A stretch of DNA of 63,668 nt, the filler included, from Octopus bimaculoides (Eukaryota), in assembly GCF_001194135.2 (NCBI RefSeq). It is 6 parts of 6 records of this genome, joined end to end, with 100 filler letters (N's around TTAATTAATTAA, not from the genome) between each part and the next. Parts side by side here need not be neighbours in the genome. Positions count along the whole stretch, not along the records: positions 38,565 to 59,152 come from NC_068985.1; 5 more parts are not named here. The stretch is one strand, 5' to 3'. The notes below the pieces were generated by a model. The model did not search any database, had not been told where the DNA came from, and worked only from the letters and a program-made list of their open reading frames with translations. The translations under genes and the position numbers were made by a program. This document shows, in pieces, positions 38,638-51,130 of the stretch; the first letter of the stretch is position 1, and every line of letters begins with the position of its first letter.

Positions 38638-39426
38638 TATAGGTGCAGACGTAGCTGTGTAGTAAGAAGTTTGCTTCCCATCCCCGTGAACCCAGGTTCA
38701 AATCCCCTATAGCCGACCAAAGCCTTGTGATTGGCTTATGTATGTAGGTATGTAGGCATGTATGTATGTATATATGTATACACAACCATCTGCCAATCAG
38801 AGAACGAAACGGGCAGCAGTTTACGTGCAGACATTTTGATAAAAGGAAGATGCAAGAAGCTGATGTAAGCGCGGATGTAAATGGCGTCTGAAAATGCAAT
38901 TTATTTATAAATATTTATTCTATTGACTCACCAAGAAAATAAATATTTTAAAATGATAAAAACTGGTCAAAGTTTAAACTGAAAAACATATTGCATATTT
39001 AGATTTGAGCACTTGTATGCACGTATTTCTACATACAAGTGCATACATATCAATCTGCCAAGTGTTTCTGTGTTTGTAAGAATGCGCTTGTGTGTATATG
39101 TGCGTTCGTATGAGTGCATGGGTAAGAACGTGCACCAGTGTGTACGTGTATGTAGTGTGTGTGTGTGTTGACGCGTTTGTGCGTATGTTGCAGTACATTG
39201 CAAACAGTGGGCCTCTGTATGAGTGACACCTAATGTCTAGAGAATTTACAGAATTTGATCGAGCTAATGAGAGATTCTCGGTGTGGTTATTTGTGATGCT
39301 AGAGATACAAGCCAAATCGAATAACACCTTGTCGCTTTTTTAGAAAGAAGAAGCAACGCTAGGCAATTTGTACCCATATCTGACGTGAACTGTGACTGGG
39401 TGTTTAAATTAAAACGATTGCAGCCT

Positions 39427-39567
39427 GGAACACACATATTAGTCATTCGAAAACACACAAAGACTGTTAGCTTTATTTAAACATTTATTATTTTGACAGC
39501 AAATAATAAATGTTTAAATGAAGTTAATCGTCTTTGTGTGTTTTTGAATGACTAAAATGTGTCTTCC
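39427..39567. repeat. 141-nt fold-back (67-bp arms, 7-nt loop), MITE-like
   Basis: 39427-39493 against the reverse complement of 39501-39567 gives 60/67 identity by hand alignment. Confidence 0.9.
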
Positions 39568-40327
39568 ACACTGCACTCACATTATACACAGATTTATGAA
39601 ATAAAGTTGAAAATCACGACTGTAATGCCCTCGGTCCTACGTTCGCTCTACTGGTGACTAAATCACAAGTCACGAAATATAGCACAAACGGTAACAATTG
39701 TAATGCTTGAGGGAAAATTTTGCCAAAACCAAAACAGAAATATAGACTATAGCAGTGGAATTATGTCAATGATCAGTGTACAGATAGCGAGACGAAACTT
39801 TGAAATCTGCTAATTAATGATTCTATGAAGTTAACAGATTTTGTGCATGTTTAAATAGCTGATATGTGCCTTGCGCGATGAAATTGCTTTGATAGCAACA
39901 CACAGCTTGAATCACTTGCTAAATAATTTTAATTTCGACTTGATATTTATTGCTTTTCTAAAATAATTCTTTCTGCGATTGGCAGAAGGCCTGACATTTT
40001 AGAAGATGAGAATAAGTCGATTACATTGACCCCTAACACTCAACTGTTACTTATTATCATCGACCCCGAAAGGAAGAAAAGTAAAGCCGACCCTGGAGGA
40101 ATTTTAACCCAGAACGTAAAGACAAACGAAATGACAAAATACCGCTAAACATCTTTCCGACGTGCTAACGATTCTGCCAGATCGCCGAATAAAGGCTTTC
40201 TCCTAAAGGCACCGTACCTGAGATTTCGGTGGGGGGGGGGACTAGTCGATTACATTGAGTCCAGTGCTCAACTGGTATGTTTTGTCTTGGTATAAACGAT
40301 GGGCCACATCATATATTCTGCTCAATA

Positions 40328-40541
40328 CTCTTTTACTCTTGTACTCTTTTACTTGACTGTGGCCATGCTGGAGCACCGCCTTTAGTCGAGCAAATCGACC
40401 CCCGGACTTATTCTTTGTAAGCCTAGTACTTATTCCATCGTGCTCTTTTGCCGAACCGCTAAGTTACGGACACGTAAACACACGAGCATCGGCTATCAAG
40501 CGATGTTGGGGGACAAACACAGACACACAAACAGACACTCA

Positions 40542-40597
<56 letters not shown>

Positions 40598-40768
40598 CAT
40601 ATATACGACGGGCTTCTTTCAGTTTCCGTCTACCAAATCCACTCACAAGGCTTTGGTCGGTCCGAGGCTATAGTAGAAGACACTTGCCCAAGGTGCCATG
40701 CAGTGGGACTGAACCCGGTACCATGTGGTTGGTAAGCAAGCTACTTACCACACAGCCACTCCTACGCC
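40328..40768 (-). mobile_element. SINE family C, full length (tRNA head, CORE-like segment, microsatellite, right module)
   Basis: Minus strand starts ggcgtaggagtggctgtgtggtaagtagcttgcttaccaaccacatggtaccgggttcagtccc, then CORE-like tggcaccttgggcaagtgtctt. Confidence 0.9.
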
Positions 40769-40789
40769 TACAGATTTGCTTGTCAGTTG

Positions 40790-41210
40790 CTTGACCTTAA
40801 CGAATTGAGCATTGCTATGGTGGCTGACGACATGTGCATATCTGGTCGCGAGCAGAAGTAGTGGGGGAGCATAACAGCTACGTGTTGAGAGGAATTCTTT
40901 GGGGTTTGGATAATTCCCTTCTGGAAAGATGAGTGTTTCGTTCAGCGTCCTTAAACACGCCTTATTCAAGGACCTTTTCAGCAGGATGAGCTACTCGACC
41001 TGAAGAAAATTCTAACTGAGCCCCTACAAGGTTGTGTGCTGTTTATCTTGATATGAAATCACCATAACACACACGTATGTTTGTGATGAATGTGCCTGAT
41101 GTACCTTTATCAGAGAGGTAGTCATGTTGGGTATACTGGGCTTCGTATAATGGTACCCCAATGTCATTTTGATGGCACGCGCTGCTCTCTCACCCAATAG
41201 TAATAATAAT
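40790..41210 (+). mobile_element. Repeat family D, second copy with (AAT)n tail
   Basis: Homologous to 2590-2945 and extends about 70 bp further 5'. Confidence 0.7.
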
Positions 41211-41562
41211 ATTTTCTGCTATAGGTACAGGACTGAAATTATAGCGGGAGGGGCCAGTCGATTACATCGACCCCAGTACAGAGATGGTACTTATTTCATC
41301 GACCCCGAAAGGATGAAAGGTAAAGTTGACCTTCGTATATATTGAACTCAGAATGTAAAGACAGGTGATATCTCGCTAAGCATTTTGTCCGGCATGCTAA
41401 CGATTTTATCAGCTTGCCGCTTTTATTGTTTATCTAAAATAATATCGCTATAATAGATTAAATAAGAGGTTCAGCCATCTTCCCAATTTGATTTGAACAG
41501 TCCCCCCCCCCCCACATAAGTTTTGATTTTATTCTACGGTACCATTTCGTTTTTTAGAATTT

Positions 41563-41758
41563 CCATATTTTTCCGGCATACAAGTCGAATTTTTCAAACC
41601 ACATTTATAATCAAGACATTTATAATCAAGACGACTTTCGAAGACCAGAATTCCAATGTGAAATGCAGAAGGGTTTGGAAAGATAGTGACAATATCTGAA
41701 CGTTTACACTACATGTTTACAATATGTAATACGTCGACTTATAGGCCGGAAAATATGG
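41563..41758. mobile_element. pogo/Tigger-like MITE (196 bp)
   Basis: Left end ccatatttttccggcatacaagtcga and right end tcgacttataggccggaaaatatgg|ta are inverted repeats of the CCGTATTTTCCGG-type TIR class. Internal direct repeat catttataatcaaga occurs twice. Confidence 0.75.
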
Positions 41759-41787
41759 TAGGTTCCTCTTATCTATATATTCTATTG

Positions 41788-42020
41788 AAGGCGGTGAGCT
41801 GGCAGAATCGTTAGCACGCCAGGCGCAATGCTTAACGGTATTTCGTCTGCCGCTACGTTCTGAGTTCAAATTCCGCCAAGGTCGACTTTGCCATTCATCC
41901 TTTCGGGGTCGATTAAATAAGTACTAGTTACGCACTGGGGTCGATGTAATCGACTTAATCCCTTTGTCTGTCCTTGTTTGTCCCCTCTATGTTTAGACCC
42001 TTGTAGGCAATAAAGAATTA
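41788..42020 (+). mobile_element. SINE family A, full length, tail 1
   Basis: Colinear with 4541-4880. Confidence 0.9.
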
Positions 42021-42662
42021 AATATCTTATTGAAGTTTTGAACGAAAACAAAAACAATACAGATATAAGAAAATTATACAGCTTAGAAGTTCCATTAATG
42101 AGTTACGCTTCCACTTTTTAACACTTTAGCCACATCGTGCGCCATTTACGGTACACGGGTAACCTATCCCAACCTGCATCGTGTACCACTATTGGTAAAC
42201 AGTATAAATTTCTTAAAAATTTAAAAATCTGATATTTTAATGAACTCACACAAGATTTTGAAAATTTATAACAGATATTCTTGTTGCATTATCAAAACTT
42301 ATCAATAATAATAAAGTAAGATAAATAAAAAGAAAAAGCAACTGAACAAGATGCTGGTGAGGCTTAATGGCTAAACTCAGAGATGCGTTTCAAGTGTTAA
42401 ACACACATTTTTAACATCAAGTTTTCTCCAACCCATTTTTGGTACATCTGAAAATATTGAGGAGCGCCGGGTCCTTTTCAATGACCTTAATTCAGTTTAG
42501 TCAAGAATTGAATTAGCAAGAGGCAGTGGAGGTCGCTGTAAAAACAGTAAATGTTGAATATCAGAATGTTATTCACCCACTGCAGAGGGTGAATGATAAA
42601 CAAAAAAGCGGAGTGGTCATGGCTGGAATGCCTTTGATCATAGGTCGGGGATCTTGAACTAA

Positions 42663-42820
42663 ACGTCGTCGTCGTCGTCATCGCCATCATCTTTATCAAC
42701 ATTACCACCCCCATCAGTATGATGATGATGATCATCATCATCATTATAATCATCATCCTCATCGTCATCATGGTTGTCGTCGTCGTCGTCGTCGTCGTCG
42801 TCATCACCATCATTGTCATG

Positions 42821-42852
<32 letters not shown>

Positions 42853-42870
42853 CATCATCATCCTCATCAA
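42663..42870. repeat. (TCG)/(TCA)/(TGA) compound trinucleotide repeat
   Basis: Directly visible. Source of the poly-Asp, poly-Met and poly-Ile ORFs. Confidence 0.95.
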
Positions 42871-43416
42871 CCAATGTGTGGAAGATATTTTATGGCAATT
42901 GAGGAGGTAGTCGTAAGGAGAAAATAGAGCGCAAATTATTTGTAAATATAGACAATTTAGACGTTTAGATGTTTATTTGTTCATCTGAAAAACGTGTCAC
43001 ACTCAAGTAATTTCGTGTAATTATGAAGCTATGAGATAATAAGGGGTACTTCAGTTTCCCTGTCAATTTTACGTCTTTGGCAAATTGATTTTGTTTTCCA
43101 TTAACCGTTGCGATAATTTTAAGGCGTTGCCTTGCAGAAGTAACTGTTGAATGTACGACCTTTTATTTCAGTTGGAGAGTTCGTGAGTGTATATGTGTGT
43201 ATGTATGTCTCATAGCTTCAGCCTCTCACTAGGCGTAACACCATCGACTGGATATCGGTTGACTTTAATGAATCTGTTGTTTTAAAAAAGGAAAAAAGAG
43301 AGAAGAACGGGTATAATAGATAATATAATTTAAAAGTAAATGTGTTGCAAGCATTCAGAATACGTTTCCGGTTTGAGGTTATCTTCCGTCCTCTCATGCC
43401 GCTCCCGTAACTACTA

Positions 43417-43673
43417 TTAGGTTGGTGCATAATTATTGCGGCTTTTTAAAATATTTTTTCAACAAATTTTATTCAACAAAAACAATAATAATATTTAACA
43501 AAAACATCTTTAAATGACGGTCTGACCGTCTGCCAAGCAAATGGGAAGCAGTATTTGAAGTGGGTGGTGAATATGCTCCGGAATAATCATTTAAAGATGT
43601 TTTTGTTACATATTATTGCTTTTGTTGAATAAAATTTGTTGAAAAAAGACGCAATAATTATGCACCAACCCAG
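43417..43673. mobile_element. Mariner-derived MITE with about 100-bp inverted arms and TA flanks
   Basis: ta|ttaggttggtgcataattattgcg...cgcaataattatgcaccaacccag|ta. The centre encodes DRLPSKWEAVFEVGGEYAPE*, a mariner transposase C-terminus. Confidence 0.85.
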
Positions 43674-43832
43674 TATAATGATTTACGGGTGCAGATTTTT
43701 TTTTCTCCAATAAAGCCATTAAAATTTTAGAAAGGGAGTGAAAGAAGAAATCGAACGGAGAGAGAAAGAGAGAGTAAGAGAGAACAGGAAAGAGTAAAAA
43801 AGAGAGAGAGAGTGAATATAAGAGCATTGTCC

Positions 43833-44150
43833 AGCGTTATTCTAAACTCTACTGACCTATGTTCACAGTTTCGAGACTAATCTAAATTTTGTCGTACGAC
43901 CACAAATTCGAGAATAATCTAAACTCTGACGTATGAACACAGCCATAAAGCCGTCAAGAAGAAGGCCCCGAAACAGTGCACCTTCTCTCCTGATGACCCC
44001 TGATGTCAGTTTTCGACTGCCTGCACTTGCACAAGCAAACTGTTTCCAAATCTCGTCTCGAGGCTAATCTAATCGTTGACGTGTGATCACGGCTTTTGGA
44101 GCAATGTCTCAATATGAAAGAAGCTAAACTAAACTCCGATATGAAACTCT
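43833..44150. repeat. Degenerate 37-bp minisatellite interrupted by a HERO 3'UTR scrap
   Basis: Units start at 43833, 43871, 43908 and 44058, with a partial unit at about 44120. Consensus is about TCGAGRCTAATCTAAACTYTGACGTATGAHCACAG. 43951-44050 matches the minus-strand 3'UTR at 9990-10115. Confidence 0.7.
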
Positions 44151-44429
44151 AATGGGTCGTTTCAGTTTCGGTATCTCGAACGAAAATTTATTCCGCAGTC
44201 AATTAGTTACTCTTCTTTTCGTGTCCAAAGAAACGAATAAATAATTCAAAAGGTTTCGAATTAACTTCCACGGTTATAAATCTCCAATAGATTTCCTTCT
44301 GATTTTAATGTGAATATCTCAACTATAACATCTGTAGTGTTTATGTGCTAACGTGTGTGCTACCAATATTTTTGCTATCACCGCTGATGTTCTTTCTCCC
44401 TTACTCACGGTTCTACTCTGATCAAGCAG

Positions 44430-44526
44430 AGGAAATATGACAAAGTTATTCGATACGTTACTTGTGGTGGCTATTATACAGACAATCATATGTTCAGTTT
44501 TAAAGAAGCTCTCAATAAATCCGAGG
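44430..44526 (+). other. Candidate coding exon (two open frames; one encodes a signal-peptide-like stretch)
   Basis: Pyrimidine-rich run and cag acceptor, donor AGG|GTAACT. ATG at 44437 gives MTKLFDTLLVVAIIQTIICSVLKKLSINPR; the other open frame gives RKYDKVIRYVTCGGYYTDNHMFSFKEALNKSE. No homology recognised. Confidence 0.2.
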
Positions 44527-45799
44527 GTAACTAACAGATTCTGCTGTACGGGTGGACAAAAAAATTAAGACAAAGAATTAAGACATCCCTTTTTAATTTT
44601 AACACTATGGTGCTCAGATTGATGAGACTACAGGCTAATGAGTATTAAAAAGCCTAACCTGACAGATGAAACCCAATTCTGACAGAGCTTTCGTTCTGAT
44701 ATGACTCTCATTTTTATCAGTTTAAATCATAGTAAGACAATTACACCGACAAATTAAATTTTGCTATCTTCAGATTTATAGATTAATATTTAATAGATAC
44801 CAAATTTATTCCAAACGCATGGATTCGTTTTTTGTAAATGCTACATTATTAAATTTAGCAAAGTAATTTGGGAAAATAATTATGGATTGTCTACAACAAC
44901 TGTCAATAAAAGAACTACCACAAAAGACTATGCAAATGGTGAACTTTGGAGAGTGAAACAATTGTTTGGCCATATTTGTGAAACGATTCTATTTCTATTT
45001 AACAAAAACATTCCCTTGCACATTTTATGCTTTTAGAAAGCCATCACTGTTTCGTTTTTTTTGTTTGTTTTTATTCTTGTTTTCATGTTTTCCCTTCTAC
45101 AAATCTGAGCCTTTAATTCTGGTTACAAAACATATTAATACATTTATTTATTTTCATATGTATTTATTCGTTTGTTTGTTTGTTTTTTGTTTCTGTATAT
45201 TAGTTACTCTATGGTAACAATAAGCAATTAACATGTTTTAAAGATTGATATAATTATTCTTTCTTGTTCTATTGCAAGCTGTTAGGTTCTTACCCACTTT
45301 TCTCCTGAAACTTATACGTCAGACCGCAAATTGCATTTGGTTCTTATTCCTGATTCGCTCAACGTTGTAAAACACGGGAAAATTAAATCGTAATGAAGGC
45401 TATCATATTCTCATTACTGGGAATTAGTTGTTAAGAGTTGCTCATGAAAAAGAGCATTATATATCAATATTGCTTATTACTGAAATCTTTCATCGCATAA
45501 CTCTGCAAAGGCATGTCTGCTTTGGGTGTGTTTAATGTTGATAATGCACGACGTCACGAATATTGGATAATAGCTCTCCACTTAATGTTAAGAGTTGCTC
45601 ATTAGCCTGAGGTCAACCCTCATCCAGCAGATGGGGAAAGACCTTTCAGCTGTGATCTTTCCATGAATGACTCGTTTAAGACACGAGCAGTCGATATGAA
45701 CGAGATTTTAGCAAAGTTAGAAACCACATACAAACTTCTTCATTGGATCTTGATATTATGTTGAGAGTTTGTGTGTGTGTGTGTGTGTGTGTGTTAATA

Positions 45800-47792
45800 A
45801 TCCTTTCTACTAAAGGCCCAACGCCTGAAACTTCGACCTCAGTACGCAACTGGTATTTAATGTATCGACCCCGAAAAGATGAAAGGCAAAGTCGACCTCG
45901 GCGGAATTTGAACTCAGAACGTAACGACGGGTGAAATACCACTAAGTATTTCTCCCAGCGTGCTAACGATTCTGCCAGCTCGCTGCCTTTGTGTGTTTTA
46001 ATAATCTTTTCTACTCTGGACACAAGGCCCGAAATTTTGGGGACGCGGGGGCCAGTCGATTAGATTGACTCCATTACGCAACTGGTACTTAATTTATCGA
46101 CCCCGAAAGCATGAAAAGCACAGTCGACCTCGGGGGAATTTGAACTCAGACCATAAAGACAGACGAAATACCGCTAAGCATCTCGCCTGGCGTGTTAACG
46201 TTTCTTATATCTTTATTGTCCACAAGGGGCTAAACACAGAGGGGGACAAACAAGGACAGACAAAGAGATTAAGTCGATTAGATCGACCCCAGTGCGTAAC
46301 TGGTACTTAATTTATCGACCCAGAAAGGATGAAAGGCAAAGCCGACCTCGGTGAAATTTGAACTCAGAACGTAAAAACAGACGAAATACCGTTAAGCATT
46401 TCGCCCGGCGTGCTAACCACTCTGCCAGCTCGCCACCTTAAGAACGATGATAATAACGATTCCAGATTTTGGCACAAAGTCTGTAATTTCGTGGGGCGGA
46501 CAAGTCGTCAACATCGACCCCAGTATTCAAATGATAATTTTTTATTCACCCTGAAAGTGATGCAACGCAAAGACGACACCCGCAGAATTCGAAATGAGAA
46601 TGTAAAACCGGAAGACATGCCGCTAAGCATTTTGTCCGACATGCTTACGATTCTGTCTGTTCGTCACCTCACTCGAAGTAGTCAAAAAAATATTTTGTGA
46701 TAAGGATATTCTCTGAACTCTCTTCTTAATTTTTGTAAGTGATACGAATAATCCTGGATTTGTAATGAGACGGAAAGCTTATCTCCCATTCTTTTGATTG
46801 CTAACACCTGGTTTATTACTTATTTTTGTATTTACTTATTTATTTACTTGTTTATTGGATCCCAGTCAGGAATGGAGAACAAAAGACTGGAGAAAGCTCG
46901 CAGATAAATTCCTGTACAAAAATATTTGAGAAAAAAATTATGAACAATTGGAAGATGACCGGAATTTCACATGAATCTAGAATATAGCATTTTAAACGTT
47001 CCGCTTCACTTCTAAAGAGATAGGTTACTTACTGTGGTGTGACCGGAAACTACAGATACACACACACACGTGAATGTGTGTGTGGATGTGTGTGTGTGTG
47101 TGTGTGTGTATATGTGAGCCTGTCTTTGGTGATTCTAATGCTTAGATTTTAAACTTAGGTTAAGTACATTATTTACATTATTTACATTTGACGGATATTT
47201 ATCCTCATCTTGTTTGTTGTTAACACAACGTTTCGGCAGAATTGTTAGCACGACGGGCACATTTAGCGGGTTCTCGTCCGTCTAAATGTTCTGAGCTCAA
47301 ATTCCGCTGATGTTGGCTTTGCTTTTCATCCTTTCAGGTCGATAAAATGAATACCAATCAAGAACTGGGATCGATGTAATCGACTATCTCCTTCCGCTAA
47401 AATTTCAGGCCTTGGGCCTTTAGTAGAAAGGATTATTAGCTCAGTTGAATGCGGCAAGGTGACAGAATCGTTAGCACGCCAGGCGAAATGCATAGCGGTA
47501 TTTCGTCTACTGCTACGTTCTGAGTTCAAATTCCGCCGAGGTCAACTTTGCCTTTCATCCTTTCGCGGTCGATAAATTAAGTACCAGTTGCGTACTGCGG
47601 TCGATCTAGTCGACTGGCCCCCTCCTCCCAAATCTCAGGCTTTAAGCCTTGAGTAGAAAAGAATATTGTATCTTGGAAAGGCGACGAGCTGGCAGAACCG
47701 TTAGCGCACTGAGCGAAATGCTTAGCGGCATTCCTCAGTCTTTACGTTCTGAATTCAAATTCCGTCGTGGTTGAGTTTACCTTTCATCCTTT
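45800..47792. mobile_element. Dense family A SINE cluster (minus-strand copies 45800-46670 including a dimer at 46010-46440; plus-strand tandem copies 47237-47792)
   Basis: At least seven recognisable head or central-domain copies. Confidence 0.85.
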
Positions 47793-48604
47793 NNNNNNNN
47801 NNNNNNNNNNNNNNNNNNNNNNNNNNNNNNNNNNNNNNNNNNNNNNNNNNNNNNNNNNNNNNNNNNNNNNNNNNNNNNNNNNNNNNNNNNNNNNNNNNNN
47901 NNNNNNNNNNNNNNNNNNNNNNNNNNNNNNNNNNNNNNNNNNNNNNNNNNNNNNNNNNNNNNNNNNNNNNNNNNNNNNNNNNNNNNNNNNNNNNNNNNNN
48001 NNNNNNNNNNNNNNNNNNNNNNNNNNNNNNNNNNNNNNNNNNNNNNNNNNNNNNNNNNNNNNNNNNNNNNNNNNNNNNNNNNNNNNNNNNNNNNNNNNNN
48101 NNNNNNNNNNNNNNNNNNNNNNNNNNNNNNNNNNNNNNNNNNNNNNNNNNNNNNNNNNNNNNNNNNNNNNNNNNNNNNNNNNNNNNNNNNNNNNNNNNNN
48201 NNNNNNNNNNNNNNNNNNNNNNNNNNNNNNNNNNNNNNNNNNNNNNNNNNNNNNNNNNNNNNNNNNNNNNNNNNNNNNNNNNNNNNNNNNNNNNNNNNNN
48301 NNNNNNNNNNNNNNNNNNNNNNNNNNNNNNNNNNNNNNNNNNNNNNNNNNNNNNNNNNNNNNNNNNNNNNNNNNNNNNNNNNNNNNNNNNNNNNNNNNNN
48401 NNNNNNNNNNNNNNNNNNNNNNNNNNNNNNNNNNNNNNNNNCTCTCATTCACACACACACACACTCATAGACCCGCAGTCGTACACATACTCACACGCAA
48501 CGTTCAGTCGTTCAAAATTTTCATCTCTCGCTCACTTTCTCTCCCTTTCCTTCTCACTCTATTTCGCACACGCACGCACAAACAAACACACACACAAACA
48601 CACA

Positions 48605-48641
<37 letters not shown>

Positions 48642-48812
48642 GCACGCACGCACACACAAACGCGAACTTTCACACTCATACGTGTACTAATACGCAACGT
48701 TCATTTATTCACACTTTTACTCTCTCTTTCCTTCTGTCTGTCAGTTTGTCTTTCTCTTTCCGTCTTTTTCATTATCTCTCGCACTCTCTCTTTCTCTCTC
48801 CCTCTCTCTTTC

Positions 48813-48852
<40 letters not shown>

Positions 48853-48853
48853 C

Positions 48854-49145
48854 GTGGCACTCCGTCGGTTACGACGACGAGGGATCCAGTTGATCTGATC
48901 AACGGAACAACCTGCTCGTGAAAATAACGCTCCACAGACACGTGTACCCTTAACGTAGTTCTCGGGGAGATTCAGCGTGACAAAGCTGGCCTTTCGAAAT
49001 ACAGGTACACGCAGAAACAGGAAGAAAAAGTGAGAGAAAGTTGCGGCGAAAGAATACAACAGGGTCCGCCACCAACCCCTGCCAAAGCCTCGTGGACCTT
49101 CAGGGGTTTTCGCTCGATAAACACACACAACGCCCGGTCTGGGAA
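48854..49145 (-). mobile_element. SINE family B, with small deletions and head lost in a gap
   Basis: Homologous to 20990-21310. Confidence 0.85.
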
Positions 49146-49854
49146 NNNNNNNNNNNNNNNNNNNNNNNNNNNNNNNNNNNNNNNNNNNNNNNNNNNNNNN
49201 NNNNNNNNNNNNNNNNNNNNNNNNNNNNNNNNNNNNNNNNNNNNNNNNNNNNNNNNNNNNNNNNNNNNNNNNNNNNNNNNNNNNNNNNNNNNNNNNNNNN
49301 NNNNNNNNNNNNNNNNNNNNNNNNNNNNNNNNNNNNNNNNNNNNNNNNNNNNNNNNNNNNNNNNNNNNNNNNNNNNNNNNNNNNNNNNNNNNNNNNNNNN
49401 NNNNNNNNNNNNNNNNNNNNNNNNNNNNNNNNNNNNNNNNNNNNNNNNNNNNNNNNNNNNNNNNNNNNNNNNNNNNNNNNNNNNNNNNNNNNNNNNNNNN
49501 NNNNNNNNNNNNNNNNNNNNNNNNNNNNNNNNNNNNNNNNNNNNNNNNNNNNNNNNNNNNNNNNNNNNNNNNNNNNNNNNNNNNNNNNNNNNNNNNNNNN
49601 NNNNNNNNNNNNNNNNNNNNNNNNNNNNNNNNNNNNNNNNNNNNNNNNNNNNNNNNNNNNNNNNNNNNNNNNNNNNNNNNNNNTTATTATGTAGATCGAG
49701 ATCTATAAAAAGAACACAAGTGAAACTTCGGGAGACTGCGCCATTGTTTAAGAATTAGCAATCTTTCTCTCTGTTTCACCGTTGCCTACTCTTACTGATT
49801 ATATCGGAGCCAAATAGCAAACAAAAAACATTGTCTTAAGAAAAGAATTAACAG

Positions 49855-49940
<86 letters not shown>

Positions 49941-50639
49941 TCCCCCTCTTTCTCGCTCTTTCTCGGCTTATCATGCTGCCATTGTGATGTCCGAAGAATT
50001 GTAGGATAAGAAAGTAAACACAAGCAATAAGTCGCACATATATATGAATACATACACACATACACACACACACGCACGCACACGTACGCACACACACATA
50101 TACGCACACACACATACACACACACACATATATATATAGACACAAAAAGAAAGGGCGAGAGAGATGAATGTGTGTGTGTCAGTTTGTAATGACCAGAGAG
50201 AAGATAACTGAAAGGCAAAGGCAAAGATAAAATGTAGATAGAGAGACATCTGGTGGGGGAAAGTATAAAAAAATAACAAGTTTAACGTAATAAACAGCAA
50301 TGAAAATCTAAAAGGCGCGATACAATTGATCGCCGGCATTCTCCTCCCACTGTATGTCCGGAAGGGTCTGTTTGTGTTTGGTGTTGGTGAGTTACTGATA
50401 ATTTGAAATTACTTAAAAATAATAATAATAAACACAAAGAAAGGAAAAATATTATGAGAAAATTCTAGCCAATGATAGCCTGCCACGTAGAACAGTGCTC
50501 GGAAAATGTTAATTAAGTAAGCTTCGAGTGAGCAGTGTAGAATTAAGTTAAGGCTTTAGACACGCGTTGTTGAAAGCTGAAACAAAGGACGCAGTTAAAG
50601 TGATAATTGGATTGAGATTGGCTGATAGCAGAATCTTCA

Positions 50640-51130
50640 AAGCATAAGACTAAATGCCATGTCATATTCACTGCAGTTACTTGCGTTCTGCGTTCAAATC
50701 TCGCCGAAGCCACTTTTGTCTTTATTCTTTACAGGATCGATAGAAATATTGATTTGCCAGTAATATTGATTTCAAATTTTGACAGAAAGCAAGTAGTTTC
50801 TGGGGAAGAGTTAAGTCGATTACATCGATCCCAGCGCTTAACTGGCACTTATTTTATCGACCCCGAAAGGGTGAAAGGTAAAGTCGACCTCAGCGGGATT
50901 TGAACTCAGAACGTAAGGACGGACGAAATGCCGCTAAGCGTTTTACCACTCGTGCTAACGGTTCTGCCAACACGCCACATTTCTAGTGCCACTAATAGCT
51001 TTTTTACTTTAGGCACAAGGCCAGAAATTTTGGTGAAGGGAGCTAGTCGATTATATCGACTCCAGTGCATGACTGGTATTTATTCCATCGACCCCGAATA
51101 GGTGAAAGTCAAAGTCAACCTCTGCGGAGT
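50640..51130. mobile_element. Three family A SINE copies (one plus, two minus)
   Basis: Central-domain and B-box matches at about 50690 (plus), 50810-50980 (minus) and 51010-51130 (minus). Confidence 0.8.

Noticed and set aside
42487-42910. Poly-Asp, poly-Met and poly-Ile ORFs resembling biomineral or reflectin-like proteins
   Set aside because: Pure trinucleotide microsatellite open in several frames, with no reflectin motif and no splice context.
43960-44010. GAAAC and CTGATGA close together in the HERO 3'UTR, suggesting a type II hammerhead
   Set aside because: Stem II would need CCCC to pair with CCCC, there is no valid stem III or NUH site, and the 10-kb copy has CTGATGG.
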